DNA of 64,000 nucleotides. Source: Gammaproteobacteria bacterium (GTDB lineage Bacteria > Pseudomonadota > Gammaproteobacteria > Pseudomonadales > Azotimanducaceae). The stretch covers positions 2,877 to 66,876 of the forward strand of contig JAUIAV010000025.1 in NCBI GenBank assembly GCA_030425195.1, given 5' to 3'. The position numbers and the translations under genes are program-made. Shown in pieces: positions 10,366-20,222 of the stretch (positions within the stretch are counted from its first letter, which is position 1; each line of letters starts with the position of its first letter). The notes under the pieces were generated by a model. It ran no database searches. It was not told the origin of the DNA and saw only the letters and a list, made by a program, of their open reading frames with translations.

Positions 10366-10971
10366 ATGGCGATCCGTCTGATAGCGGGCCTGGGGAATCC
10401 GGGTCCGCGCTACGCGGACACCCGGCACAACGCAGGTGCCTGGTTCGTGGACAGGCTTGCCCGGCGTTTCGGCATCCCGCTGTCCCCGGAAGCGAAGTTC
10501 AAAGGCGATCTGGGCCGGGGCGACGTGCTGGGCCGGGAGCTCAGGCTCCTGCTGCCGCAGACGTTCATGAATCTTTCCGGCGAGTCCGTCGGACCTCTGG
10601 CGCACTTCTACCGGATCACGCCGGAAGAGATCCTGATCGCCTACGACGAGATGGCCTTCGAACCCGGTGTTCTGCGGTTGAAGACCGGAGGTGGTGCCAA
10701 TGGCCACAACGGTATCAGGAGCGTTATCGAGAGTCTGGGCAATGCTCAGGGCTTCCACCGGCTCCGGATCGGCGTCGGGCATCCGGGCGACCGTGACCGC
10801 GTTACCCCTTACCTCACTTCCGTGACTACGCCGGCGGACGAGCGGCGGCAGATCGAGGATGCCTTCGAGCTGCCGGAAGGAGTGCTGGGCGATCTGCTCG
10901 ACGGAAAATTTCAGAAAGTGATGAACTGGCTCCACGCACCCGGATCGGACAAGTCCGACCCGGTCGGCTGA
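10366..10971 (+). CDS. pth: Peptidyl-tRNA hydrolase
   Basis: [25 protein letters not shown]-terminus. The ATG at 10366 has a GGGAG RBS; the track start at 10360 is a GTG two codons upstream. Confidence 0.93.
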   Translation: MAIRLIAGLGNPGPRYADTRHNAGAWFVDRLARRFGIPLSPEAKFKGDLGRGDVLGRELRLLLPQTFMNLSGESVGPLAHFYRITPEEILIAYDEMAFEPGVLRLKTGGGANGHNGIRSVIESLGNAQGFHRLRIGVGHPGDRDRVTPYLTSVTTPADERRQIEDAFELPEGVLGDLLDGKFQKVMNWLHAPGSDKSDPVG

Positions 10972-10993
10972 GCCGGACTGCGGAGAAACGTTA

Positions 10994-12085
10994 GTGGGAT
11001 TCAACTGCGGCATCGTCGGCCTGCCCAACGTGGGTAAGTCGACGCTCTTCAACGCCCTGACCAGGGCCGGTATCGATGCGGAGAACTTTCCCTTCTGCAC
11101 CATCGATCCCAACACGGGTGTGGTACCGGTGCCCGACCCGCGTCTGGACGAGGTAGCGGCACTGGCGCATTCCAAGGAAGTGGTGCCAACAGCCATGGAG
11201 TTCGTGGACATTGCCGGGCTGGTGGCAGGTGCCTCGAAGGGTGAAGGGCTGGGCAATCAGTTCCTCGCGCACATCCGCGAAACCCATGCGATTGCGCATG
11301 TGGTGCGATGCTTCGAGGATGAAAACGTCATTCACGTCTCCGGCAAAATCTCACCCATCGACGACATCGAGATCATCAATACCGAGCTCGCCCTTGCCGA
11401 CATGGAAACCGTGGACAAGGTACTCGACCGTACCCGCCGGGTGGCCAATGCCGGAGACAAGGATGCGAAGGCGCTCATGGAGATTCTCCAGGTCGTCGCC
11501 GACGGCCTGGCCGAAGGCCGACCCGTTCGGGCGCTGGGTCTGGCGCCGGAGCAACTCGCCCGGCTCCGGGAATACCACCTGATCACCGCCAAGCCGGTAC
11601 TTTACATCGCCAACGTGGCCGAAGACGGTTTCGAGAACAATCCCCTGCTGGATGCGGTGGTGGAACTCGCCGCTTCTGAGGGATCCGAGGTGGTGCCCAT
11701 CTGCAACAAGATCGAGGCAGAGATCTCCGAGCTCGATGACGAGGACCGGGCGGAGTTTCTCGAGTCCCTGGGTATCGAGGAGCCGGGGCTGAATCGGGTG
11801 ATCCGGGCAGGCTACAGACTGCTGGGTCTGCACCACTATTTCACCGCCGGGCCGAAAGAAGCCCGGGCCTGGACCATCCCCATCGGCACCAGGGCGCCAC
11901 AGGCCGCGGGCGTGATTCACACGGATTTCGAGAAGGGCTTCATCCGTGCCGAGGTGATCGGTTTCGACGACTACATCGCCTGCAAAGGCGAGCAGGGCGC
12001 GAAGGACGCCGGCAAGTGGCGGCTCGAGGGCAAGGACTACGTGGTCCAGGATGGAGATGTGATCCTGTTCCGCTTCAATGTCTAG
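10994..12085 (+). CDS. ychF: Redox-regulated ribosome-binding ATPase YchF
   Basis: [23 protein letters not shown]-loop, 363 aa, C-terminal TGS-like domain, GTG start with a GGAGA RBS. Confidence 0.95.
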   Translation: MGFNCGIVGLPNVGKSTLFNALTRAGIDAENFPFCTIDPNTGVVPVPDPRLDEVAALAHSKEVVPTAMEFVDIAGLVAGASKGEGLGNQFLAHIRETHAIAHVVRCFEDENVIHVSGKISPIDDIEIINTELALADMETVDKVLDRTRRVANAGDKDAKALMEILQVVADGLAEGRPVRALGLAPEQLARLREYHLITAKPVLYIANVAEDGFENNPLLDAVVELAASEGSEVVPICNKIEAEISELDDEDRAEFLESLGIEEPGLNRVIRAGYRLLGLHHYFTAGPKEARAWTIPIGTRAPQAAGVIHTDFEKGFIRAEVIGFDDYIACKGEQGAKDAGKWRLEGKDYVVQDGDVILFRFNV

Positions 12086-12187
12086 AAAAAACCGTTCGGG
12101 ATTGGCGGAAACACTGCGATCTGACGTTATAGGGAATAGGGCCGCATCAATCCGGTTGCGGCGGGAAACGCGGAATGGAGCCGGGCC

Positions 12188-12769
12188 ATGACTCAGTCAA
12201 TGCGAGCGATCGTCGTTTTTTTTCTCTCTACTGCCCTGTGGGGGTGTGACTCCGGGCCGCCAGCCCCGGCGGCGGGTGGCGTACCGTCAGTACGGTCTGT
12301 GGACGGAGTCATCGAGGGCACGCTCGATGGCGAGCCCCGGAAATGGCATATCACCAGCGGCGAGCTGAATGGTGAGCAGACGAGCCAGAGTTCGTGGGAC
12401 AGCTATGGGGGCGTGAATCAGATCACGCTGTTCGGCCACACCAGTCCGGACACGCTCATCTCCGGCGAGGAAGCGCTCGTCATCACCATCACCACTTCCA
12501 GTCTGGATGCGACCGCTGAGGTGTTCGATGCCGAGGTGGCGTATCTGTCCGGCGGCATGATGCAGGGATACGGTTCTAACGAAGAGGGCGGATTCGTGCG
12601 GCTGGTGACCGATTCGCTCCGCAGCGAGGGGGAATCGCTGCAGCTGTCCGGACACTTCGAAGCCCGCATGTCGTTCCGGGCGCTGGGATCCTCCGATGAT
12701 GCGCCGGATCGGCAGACGCGCTCGATCACAGGTGGCCGGTTCGAGGCGAGCGTCCGGAAAGGCGACTAG
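12188..12769 (+). CDS. Hypothetical lipoprotein
   Basis: Signal peptide with lipobox ALWGC. No family recognised. GC3-rich coding pattern. Confidence 0.6.
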   Translation: MTQSMRAIVVFFLSTALWGCDSGPPAPAAGGVPSVRSVDGVIEGTLDGEPRKWHITSGELNGEQTSQSSWDSYGGVNQITLFGHTSPDTLISGEEALVITITTSSLDATAEVFDAEVAYLSGGMMQGYGSNEEGGFVRLVTDSLRSEGESLQLSGHFEARMSFRALGSSDDAPDRQTRSITGGRFEASVRKGD

Positions 12770-13299
12770 ATCCGGCGCTCGAAGAACTCGCTCACCAGAA
12801 TCCGGCTGCCTCTCCCGGCCTGTCCCTGACGGCCTAGCGATTGCCAGAGGCACACCCGGCCTATGCGCCGGGTGGCCAGCTCGATCAGGGGTACAGGCGC
12901 AGTGCCGCGCACCCACGCCGGATCTTCGAACAGCAGCTGCGCCAGCGGCCGGCTTCCAAGCCGCCGGATCACCTCCAGAGCCGGATCGTCAAGCCGGCTC
13001 ACCGTGCGCGCCGAAAGTACCGGTCTCCCGGCCACGGTCAGCACCACTTCCCTGGCATAGCATCGGCTGTCCTTCAGACCCAGCAGACGCTGCTCCCAGG
13101 GCGCCAGCCGACTGGGACCTTCGTGACCGGGGCTGACCCGGGGCAGCTCTCCGAACGCTTCCCCGAGGGCATGGGTCATGGAGTCCGTGAGCCGGATCCA
13201 CTTGTCATAGGGCGCGGTCAGTGCCGTCGTAACGGGCAGCGGCCGGACAGAGAATGGGTCGATGGCGTTGCTACGCAAGCCGCTGGAGGCGTTTGACAT
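12766..13299 (-). CDS. ubiC: Chorismate pyruvate-lyase (UbiC family), tentative
   Basis: About 177 aa with a UbiC-like pattern (REV.L...GRPV..ART; LGSRPLAQLLF; ILVSEFF). No ubiA is adjacent. Its stop overlaps the convergent lipoprotein stop (CTAG). Confidence 0.6.
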   Translation of the reverse strand: MSNASSGLRSNAIDPFSVRPLPVTTALTAPYDKWIRLTDSMTHALGEAFGELPRVSPGHEGPSRLAPWEQRLLGLKDSRCYAREVVLTVAGRPVLSARTVSRLDDPALEVIRRLGSRPLAQLLFEDPAWVRGTAPVPLIELATRRIGRVCLWQSLGRQGQAGRGSRILVSEFFERRI

Positions 13300-13374
13300 C
13301 TCGGGGAGGGTGCCGGAAAATCGCGCCCCCTGAAAAAGGGCGCCACTTTATAGCCAGACGCCCTGACGGACAAT

Positions 13375-13451
13375 GGCTACGTAGCTCAGCTGGTTAGAGC
13401 ACAGCATTCATAATGCTGGGGTCGTTGGTTCAAGTCCAACCGTAGCTACCA
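13375..13451 (+). tRNA. tRNA-Met (anticodon CAU, elongator type)
   Basis: 77 nt. GGCTACGTAGCTCAGCTGGTTAGAGCAC..., anticodon arm CAGCA-TTCATAA-TGCTG, CCA end. Closely resembles E. coli metT. A lysidine-modified tRNA-Ile2 cannot be fully excluded. Confidence 0.9.
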
Positions 13452-13465
13452 TATTCCGGTGATGA

Positions 13466-13487
13466 GGGCCTCACGGACGCGAGGCCC
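13466..13487. terminator. Hairpin between the convergent tRNA-Met and the small-protein operon
   Basis: GGGCCTC-acggacgc-GAGGCCC, a 7-bp perfect stem. There is no clear U-tract on either strand. Confidence 0.35.
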
Positions 13488-13496
13488 ATCGACAGA

Positions 13497-13817
13497 TCAG
13501 CTGAACAGCTTGCCTGCCAGAGCACCCAATCCACCAGGCGTGAATTCGGCGACCTTCGGACCGATGACCTTGAGCACCTGTTCGATGACCTCCGGGGTCA
13601 GCCCCAGCTGTCCGGCCAGTGCGCCTACATCGACTTTCGACAGAAACCCGTCGAGATCGAGCCCTCCGAGCAGATCGGTGAGGTCGAAGCCGTCGCCGCC
13701 GCCGAGCTGCGCTCCGAGCATCGCACCCAGATCCGGAATCTTGTCTTCCGGCACCCCGGCCGCCTGAATCGAGTCGATCAGTCCTGGCGCGTTCTTGAGC
13801 AGATCCATTACATCCAT
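13497..13817 (-). CDS. Hypothetical small G/L/D-rich protein
   Basis: 106 aa with a strong GGGAGG RBS 8 nt upstream. It starts 14 nt after the yegP stop, so it is probably co-transcribed. No family confidently recognised. Confidence 0.6.
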   Translation of the reverse strand: MDVMDLLKNAPGLIDSIQAAGVPEDKIPDLGAMLGAQLGGGDGFDLTDLLGGLDLDGFLSKVDVGALAGQLGLTPEVIEQVLKVIGPKVAEFTPGGLGALAGKLFS

Positions 13818-13831
13818 GGCGTTTGCCTCCC

Positions 13832-14164
13832 TCAGGTCTGATCGTCCGTTGCGGCATCTGCCGCATTCTCGGCGACCGACTTCATGCCGTTTTCACAGGC
13901 ATCCTTCGAGCTGTACATGCCGCTCTGACCGATCACCTGATGATTGGCGGCCTTCAGTACGAAGTACGGGCTGCCGTTCTTGGCCTCCTTCACCTCGTAT
14001 CGTGCGGGGTCACCCGCGTTCTTCTTCACGCTCTCGATGCCGTTCAGCACACCGTCCCTGGCCTTATAGCCTTCACCGGTCAGAATCGTTTCCCCATTTC
14101 CCGCTTTGAGGCGAAACCGGAATTCACCGGCATTGTCTTTGTAGATTTCGAATTTACCTGCCAT
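13832..14164 (-). CDS. yegP: YegP family protein (tandem DUF1508)
   Basis: MAGKFEIYKDNAGEFRFRLKAGNGE...FVLKAANHQVIGQSGMY gives two DUF1508 repeats. AAGGAGGA RBS. The track ORF (to 14380) is trimmed to the ATG at 14164. Confidence 0.85.
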   Translation of the reverse strand: MAGKFEIYKDNAGEFRFRLKAGNGETILTGEGYKARDGVLNGIESVKKNAGDPARYEVKEAKNGSPYFVLKAANHQVIGQSGMYSSKDACENGMKSVAENAADAATDDQT

Positions 14165-14419
14165 TTTTATCCTCCTTGGTTGGCGACTCCATCTCAACAG
14201 GCTTGGCAGCAGAGAGCAATCCGTATTGCTCCGGATAGCTGCGATCTGCTCTATTCTTAAGGCGGTAACGCCGAAGGCTCGGCATATTGAACACTGTGCG
14301 GCCCGCGGTCCCATAGCCACCCGGAGTGAAATCCACCCCTGTTGCCTAAGGACATCTGCGGATATCCGTGCTTCTGTCAAAGGTGTCTAGTGACCAGTTC
14401 AACGGACTCGGAGGGAAAC

Positions 14420-14965
14420 GTGATCAGATTTGTATCGGTGCCGGTCATCCTGCTGATCTCAGGTGTTGGCATCAGTTTGAACGCGCAGAGCGCATCTCTG
14501 GCTTCAACCATGGACGTGTACGTGTTTCCGGCCAAAGGCCAGGAATCGTCACAACAATCTCAGGATGAAGCGGCGTGCTACGACTGGGCGGTGGACAACG
14601 CCGGTGTGGATCCTTTCGATCTCTCGAAGCAATCCGAAGCGGACCAGCAGCAGGCCCAGGCGGAACAGGAAGCGGCGAAAGGTGCCGGTCGCGGCTCAGG
14701 TGCTCGCGGTGCGCTCGGCGGCGCGGCCGCTGGCGCTCTGATCGGCGAGATCGCCGATGATGACGCAGGCGAAGGCGCTGCCTGGGGTGCTGCGGTCGGT
14801 GCCATCCACGGTCGCCGGCAGGGACGACGGGCCGAGGCCCAGGCTCAGCAGCAGGCGACTGCTCAGGCTTCCCAGCGTGAACAGGTGACGGCGGAACAGC
14901 TTTCGAACTTCAAGAAAGCCTTCTCGGTGTGCCTCGAAGCCAAAGACTACATGGTGAAATACTGA
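14420..14965 (+). CDS. Secreted glycine-zipper / Q,A-rich protein, hypothetical
   Basis: GTG start with a GGAGGG RBS and a signal peptide (VPVILLISGVGISLNAQS). Contains the glycine-zipper stretch GALGGAAAGALIG...GAAWGAAVGAIHG. Confidence 0.55.
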   Translation: MIRFVSVPVILLISGVGISLNAQSASLASTMDVYVFPAKGQESSQQSQDEAACYDWAVDNAGVDPFDLSKQSEADQQQAQAEQEAAKGAGRGSGARGALGGAAAGALIGEIADDDAGEGAAWGAAVGAIHGRRQGRRAEAQAQQQATAQASQREQVTAEQLSNFKKAFSVCLEAKDYMVKY

Positions 14966-15393
14966 TGAACAGAGATAACCGCGTGTTCGGAAGATTCTGG
15001 ACGATCACGGCGCTCCTGATCGCAACAGGTATGGCTTCAGCGGAGGATCTTACGGGCGTTGACGAATTCATCTGTGCCGCCGGCCAGGCTCAGATCTGTG
15101 TGGAAGCAGATACCTGCTATGCCACCACTGCCTGGGAACTCTCCATGCCGGAATTCGTCGTGATCGATACCGGAAAACGCACCGTGTCGACAACGCGCGC
15201 CAGTGGGCTGAACCGATCCAGCAGCTTCAGCTCCCGCGAACGGACGGACGATCTGATCTTTCTCCAGGGTATGGAGAACGGGAGAGCGTTCAGCTTCGTG
15301 ATCCACGAGGCAACTGGCCGGCTGACGGCCACCATCGCCCGGGACGGTGCGGTGGTAACCGTGTTCGGTTCCTGTACTGATACCAAGCTCTGA
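14965..15393 (+). CDS. Secreted hypothetical protein
   Basis: The ATG overlaps the previous stop (TGATG). Signal peptide FWTITALLIATGMASA and four Cys. No family recognised. Confidence 0.55.
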   Translation: MNRDNRVFGRFWTITALLIATGMASAEDLTGVDEFICAAGQAQICVEADTCYATTAWELSMPEFVVIDTGKRTVSTTRASGLNRSSSFSSRERTDDLIFLQGMENGRAFSFVIHEATGRLTATIARDGAVVTVFGSCTDTKL

Positions 15394-15421
15394 TCGGACA
15401 CCGGCTCCGATCAGGCATCAC

Positions 15422-17851
15422 ATGGAAAACTTCATGCCAAACCGATCTTCGTTCCTGAACACCTGCTCTCTCGGTCTGATACTGGCCGTCTGCCCGCTGT
15501 CAGCTGCGGCTGCAGAGCCCGACCGCACACATCTGCCGGTGGCGGAGCCCGAACGCCCCGTCTACACGGAGCTGGATGCCCGCAATGCCAGTCCTCCTCC
15601 GCGGTTCGAGGTCACTGCTCCGGATGATGCGCCTAACGTGGTCATCTTTCTGATCGACGATGTCGGCTTCGGCGCGGCTGACACCTTCGGCGGGCCGATT
15701 GCGACCCCGACTCTGAGCGACCTCGCGCAAGGGGGCGTCAGTTTCAACAACTTCCACACCACAGCACTCTGCTCGCCGACCCGGAATGCGCTCAAGACGG
15801 GCCGCAATCATCATACCGCGGAGACGGGTTCGATCATGGAAACGGCCACGGCCTTCCCGGGCAACACCGGGCGGCTGCCCAACAGCGTGGCGCCGCTGGC
15901 CGAGATGCTGCGACTCAACGGATTCAGCACGGGAGCCTTTGGCAAATGGCACGAGACGGCGCCCTGGGAGGCGAGCATCTCCGGTCCCATGGATCGCTGG
16001 CCGACCCACCAGGGATTCGACAAGTTCTACGGATTCATCGGCGGTGAAACGAACCAGTGGGCGCCGTTCATCTACGATGGTGTGCACCAGGTCGAGCTGC
16101 CTGAGGATCCCGACTATCACTTTCTCACGGACATGACCGACCAGGCGGTCTCCTGGATCAAGTACCAGCAGGCATTGACACCGGACCGGCCCTTCTTCGT
16201 CTACTTCGCGCCCGGTGCGACGCACGCGCCGCACCACGTGCCGAAAGACCGGATCGCCCGTTGGAAAGGGCGTTTCGATCAGGGATGGGATGCCATTCGC
16301 GAGGAGACGCTTGCCAGGCAGATCGAGCTCGGCGTGGTACCGGAAGGCACGAAGCTCGCCGGTAAGCCGGAAGCGATCAAGGACTGGGATGCCCTGTCGG
16401 ACGACGAGCGCCGTCTTTTCGCCCGCCAGGCAGAGGTGTTCGCGGCGTTTCTAGAGATGACCGACCACGAGATCGGACGGGTCGTGCAGGCCATCGAAGA
16501 GACCGGTGACATGGAAAATACGCTCATCTTCTACGTTCTGGGTGACAACGGCACCTCGGCGGAAGGCGGCATGAACGGCATGTTCAACGAGATGACCTAT
16601 TTCAATGGCGTGCAGGAACAGGTGAGTGATCTGCTCGGCCTTCTCGACAAGTGGGGTGGTCCGGAAACCTATCCGCACATGGCAGCAGGCTGGGCGGTGG
16701 CACTCAATGCGCCGTTCATGTGGACGAAACAGGTGGCATCGAACTATGGCGGCACGCGTAATCCGATGGTCGTGCACTGGCCTGCGGGTATCGCGTCCAA
16801 AGACGCAATTCGCAGCCAGTTCCACCATGTGATCGATGTGGCGCCCACCATTCTCGAGGCGGCCGGGCTTCCGGAGCCGAAGTCGGTCAACGGCACACCT
16901 CAGGTACCCATGGAAGGGGTCAGTATGATCTACGCCTTTGACGAGGCAGATGCTGCTGACCGGCACACGACCCAGTATTTCGAGATGTTCGGGAACCGCG
17001 CGATCTATCACGAAGGCTGGCTGGCCGGCACCATCCACAAAGCCCCGTGGGAGCCGAAGCCCAGGCGTCCGCTGCAGGAAGACGTCTGGGAACTCTACGA
17101 TACGCGTTCAGACTTCAGTCTGGCGAATGATCTCGCAGCGGACCATCCCGACAGGCTGGCCGAACTGCAGGCGGTTTTCATGACGGAGGCTGAGAAGTAC
17201 CACGTGCTGCCGATCGACGATCGCACCGTCGTCCGTGTCAACCCGGCACTCGCAGGCCGGCCCGACCTCATGGGTGGGCGCACGTCGCTGACCCTCGCCG
17301 AAGGCATGACGGGCATGTCGGAGAACGTTTTTCTCAACATCAAGAACAAATCGAAGACGATCACTGCGGAAGTCGAGATCCCCGAAGGGGGCGGTCAGGG
17401 AACGATCATCGCCCAGGGTGGCCGTTTTGGAGGCTGGACCCTCTATGTCGACGAGGGCGTCCCCGGCTATCACTACAACTTCCTCGGGCTCGAGCACTTC
17501 ACGATCGAAGCGGCGAGGCCGATCAAATCCGGTCGTGCGACGCTCCGTTTCGAGTTCAGTTACGACGGTGGCGGGCTCGGCAAAGGTGGCACTGGAACGC
17601 TGTACGTCGATGGCAAAGAGGTGGGACAGGGTCGCATCGGACGCACCCAGCCCGCCATCTTCTCCGCCGACGAGACTGCCGACGTGGGTATCGACCTGGC
17701 AACACCCGTGTATGAACCTGTCGGCTCGGAAGCAGGATCCCGATTCAACGGAGAGGTGTCGAAGATCACGATCGAGGTGCACGAGGCCGATGTGGCGGCG
17801 GACGCCTCCGTCGTGAAGTCGCTCCAGCAGGTGGCTCGGGCTACGGAATGA
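15422..17851 (+). CDS. Arylsulfatase (Cys-type, large form with C-terminal beta domain)
   Basis: Signal peptide, FLIDDVGFG, the C-x-P-x-R formylglycine motif ALCSPTRNALKTGRNHH, and the GKWH and GDNG motifs. Confidence 0.9.
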   Translation: MENFMPNRSSFLNTCSLGLILAVCPLSAAAAEPDRTHLPVAEPERPVYTELDARNASPPPRFEVTAPDDAPNVVIFLIDDVGFGAADTFGGPIATPTLSDLAQGGVSFNNFHTTALCSPTRNALKTGRNHHTAETGSIMETATAFPGNTGRLPNSVAPLAEMLRLNGFSTGAFGKWHETAPWEASISGPMDRWPTHQGFDKFYGFIGGETNQWAPFIYDGVHQVELPEDPDYHFLTDMTDQAVSWIKYQQALTPDRPFFVYFAPGATHAPHHVPKDRIARWKGRFDQGWDAIREETLARQIELGVVPEGTKLAGKPEAIKDWDALSDDERRLFARQAEVFAAFLEMTDHEIGRVVQAIEETGDMENTLIFYVLGDNGTSAEGGMNGMFNEMTYFNGVQEQVSDLLGLLDKWGGPETYPHMAAGWAVALNAPFMWTKQVASNYGGTRNPMVVHWPAGIASKDAIRSQFHHVIDVAPTILEAAGLPEPKSVNGTPQVPMEGVSMIYAFDEADAADRHTTQYFEMFGNRAIYHEGWLAGTIHKAPWEPKPRRPLQEDVWELYDTRSDFSLANDLAADHPDRLAELQAVFMTEAEKYHVLPIDDRTVVRVNPALAGRPDLMGGRTSLTLAEGMTGMSENVFLNIKNKSKTITAEVEIPEGGGQGTIIAQGGRFGGWTLYVDEGVPGYHYNFLGLEHFTIEAARPIKSGRATLRFEFSYDGGGLGKGGTGTLYVDGKEVGQGRIGRTQPAIFSADETADVGIDLATPVYEPVGSEAGSRFNGEVSKITIEVHEADVAADASVVKSLQQVARATE

Positions 17852-17882
17852 GCTCAGCCCCGCGGACCGGTCGGAAGGCCGG

Positions 17883-19046
17883 TCAGAGCCTTGAGGCGTT
17901 GGCCGGTACGCCCAGATAGAGCTTGCCCACGGTTTCGAGAATGTCCGGACCCACCATGATGTGCTGGGTGGCCACATGCACGTCGCGGAAATGCCGCTGC
18001 AGGCGGGAGCTGGAGTACACGGAGGTCCCGCCTGCCAGGGTGTACATGGCATCCACGGTCTTCACGCTCGCCTCGACGGCGTGATTGGTGGCCAGACGCA
18101 GATCCCGGCGCAGCTCCATGGGTACGCGCTCGCTCGCAGCCGCCCGTGACCAGGCCGCGTCGATGGCCGCATAGTAGAAAGCCCGCGCGCTGCGCAGGGA
18201 GGCCTCGGCTCTGGCGACCTCGAGCTGAGTGTGTGCTTTCTCCGCCATGGTTCTGGAGTTGCCGACCCGTTTCTTTGCACCCGCCAGGGCGACCAGCTCG
18301 TCGATTGAGGCCCGGGCGATCCCCAAGGAAACGGCGGCGATGCCGAGTGCCAGAAGGGTGAAGTTGGGAAACTGATACAGTGGCCGGTCCGGATTCTGCG
18401 GATTCAGAAAGGCCACGGCCCGCTCTTCCGGCACGAACACGTCCGTGACCTGAAAGTCCGTGCTGCCTGTCCCCTTGAGGCCCGAGACGTGCCAGGTATC
18501 CAGGAATTCCACCTCATCAGCGGCGAACATCATCATGTGCGCGCGGGGGTTGCCCGAGTCGTCGAGCATGAGTTCGCCGTTCTCCGTCAGCATGCTGCCG
18601 CCGAGCACCCACTGAGCGTTCTCCGTACCCGAACCCCACTGCCAGCGCCCGTTGACCACGAAGCCGCCATCGGTCCGCTCGGCCCGGCCATTGGGCGCAA
18701 AGACGCCGGCGATCAGGGTTTCCGGACTGCTGAAGACGGCCCTGGCCGTGGCTTCCGGGATCAGCGCCAGCGTGGTGCCGCTTGTTGCGCCGATGAACGA
18801 CACCCAGCCACAGGAAGCCTCGCCCCGGGCCAGGGCCTCGAAGACCCGGCTGCCCACGGCAGGCGCCACTTCCAGGCCGCCGTATGCCTCGGGTACGAAC
18901 AGGCGGTAGAAGCCGGCTTTCGCCATCTCGTCCGAGATCTCCCGAGGCACCCGCCGGGCGGCTTCGATCTCGTCACTTCTGGCGGCGAACGCTTCCGACA
19001 GACGCTCTGCGTCTTCTATGAGCCGTGCTTCTGCTCCCATGGTCAC
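17883..19046 (-). CDS. Acyl-CoA dehydrogenase-fold protein (resembles flavin-dependent monooxygenase/hydroxylase subgroup)
   Basis: ACAD N-terminal, middle and C-terminal organisation (FYRLFVPEAYGG..., GRWQWGSG). The last helix region lacks an obvious catalytic Glu context. Confidence 0.75.
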   Translation of the reverse strand: MTMGAEARLIEDAERLSEAFAARSDEIEAARRVPREISDEMAKAGFYRLFVPEAYGGLEVAPAVGSRVFEALARGEASCGWVSFIGATSGTTLALIPEATARAVFSSPETLIAGVFAPNGRAERTDGGFVVNGRWQWGSGTENAQWVLGGSMLTENGELMLDDSGNPRAHMMMFAADEVEFLDTWHVSGLKGTGSTDFQVTDVFVPEERAVAFLNPQNPDRPLYQFPNFTLLALGIAAVSLGIARASIDELVALAGAKKRVGNSRTMAEKAHTQLEVARAEASLRSARAFYYAAIDAAWSRAAASERVPMELRRDLRLATNHAVEASVKTVDAMYTLAGGTSVYSSSRLQRHFRDVHVATQHIMVGPDILETVGKLYLGVPANASRL

Positions 19047-20222
19047 CTATCCTGCCAGCCGCAGCCGGTTGGCTATGTTGTTGCGTTGCATGTTGGATGA
19101 GCCGCCGACGATGGGCATGCCGAGCAGATCGCGCACGTTCCGCTCCATGTCGAAAGCGTCCGACAGTCCGTAGGCGCCGAGCACCCGCTGGCAGCTGAGG
19201 GCGATCTCAACGGCCGTCTCGCCGATAAAAAGCTTCGCCATGGACGATTCCACGCTGCAGGGTCTGCGTTCGTTGGCGAGCCAGGCCGCATGGTAAAGCA
19301 GGTGCCGGCAGGCCTGCAGCCGGGTCTTGGCATCCACCAGCGCGTGGCGGACGGCCTGGTGCTGGCCGATGGGCGCGTCGAACTGTTCCCGTTCACCGGC
19401 GTAACGCCAGGCTTCCTCCACGCAGGCCCGGGCAAAGCCCAGCGCGCAGGCGGAGATTTCGAGCTTCTCCACCTCGAGTGCTTCTCCAGCCAGCACTTCC
19501 CAGCCCCGGTTCCACATATCCGGCCCCCCGAGAATGTTCTCCGCGGGCACGCTCACGTCGTCGAAACTGACGTCCGAGGAAGCGGTGTAACGCAGGTTCG
19601 AATGTTCGATGGGCGTGACGGAGACGCCCTGCGCATCCGGCGGGATCAGCACGAAGCTGAGATTGCGGTAACGGCGGGCTTCCGCATCGGAATTGACCAG
19701 ACAGATGATGTAGTCGGCGAAGTCGGCGCCCGTGCACCAGCGTTTCGAGCCGTTGATCACCACCCGGCTGCCATCTTCCGTCAGCCTGGCTTTGGTTTTC
19801 ACGCTGGCGAGATCGCCGCCGATGTCCGGCTCCGAAAGACCGTAGGCGAAGCGCAACTCACCCCGGGCGATCTTCGGCAGCATGTCAGCTTTCTGTGCTT
19901 CAGATCCGTTCTCCGAGAGATTGACGCCGCCATAGAAGGCGGCGTGGATGAACGGTCCTGCGGCAAAGCTCCCGGCCTGGCAGAGCTCCTCGATGGCAGC
20001 GATGGCGGCCACCAGGTCACGGCCCTGGCCGCCATAGGCTTCGTCGATGGTCAGACCGCAGATGCCCAGCGCGGCAACCTTCGGCCAGAGATCCGCAGGA
20101 AAGTGATGCGCCCGGTCCCACTCCCGGACGCGGTCCGGTGGCATCTCCCTGGCCACGAAGCTGCGCAGGCTGTCGCGCAGGAGCCGGACGTGCTCCGGCT
20201 CGTCCGTGTAGGTCCAGCTCAT
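19047..20222 (-). CDS. Acyl-CoA dehydrogenase
   Basis: Typical ACAD sequence (GLTIDEAYGGQG, YGLSEPDIGGD, KRWCTGA, GGSSNMQRNNIA). The start overlaps the upstream stop (ATGA). Confidence 0.9.
   Translation of the reverse strand: MSWTYTDEPEHVRLLRDSLRSFVAREMPPDRVREWDRAHHFPADLWPKVAALGICGLTIDEAYGGQGRDLVAAIAAIEELCQAGSFAAGPFIHAAFYGGVNLSENGSEAQKADMLPKIARGELRFAYGLSEPDIGGDLASVKTKARLTEDGSRVVINGSKRWCTGADFADYIICLVNSDAEARRYRNLSFVLIPPDAQGVSVTPIEHSNLRYTASSDVSFDDVSVPAENILGGPDMWNRGWEVLAGEALEVEKLEISACALGFARACVEEAWRYAGEREQFDAPIGQHQAVRHALVDAKTRLQACRHLLYHAAWLANERRPCSVESSMAKLFIGETAVEIALSCQRVLGAYGLSDAFDMERNVRDLLGMPIVGGSSNMQRNNIANRLRLAG

Noticed and set aside
13375-13451. Reading the CAU-anticodon tRNA as initiator tRNA-fMet or tRNA-Ile2.
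   Set aside because: The acceptor stem starts with a paired G1-C72, whereas the bacterial initiator has a C1xA72 mismatch. It also lacks the three consecutive G-C pairs in the anticodon stem. Overall similarity is to elongator metT, though Ile2 (lysidine) cannot be strictly excluded without a classifier.
13375-17851. A genomic island integrated at tRNA-Met.
   Set aside because: I saw no integrase or recombinase gene, no direct repeat of the tRNA 3' end downstream, and no clear compositional break. The flanking genes are merely of unknown function.
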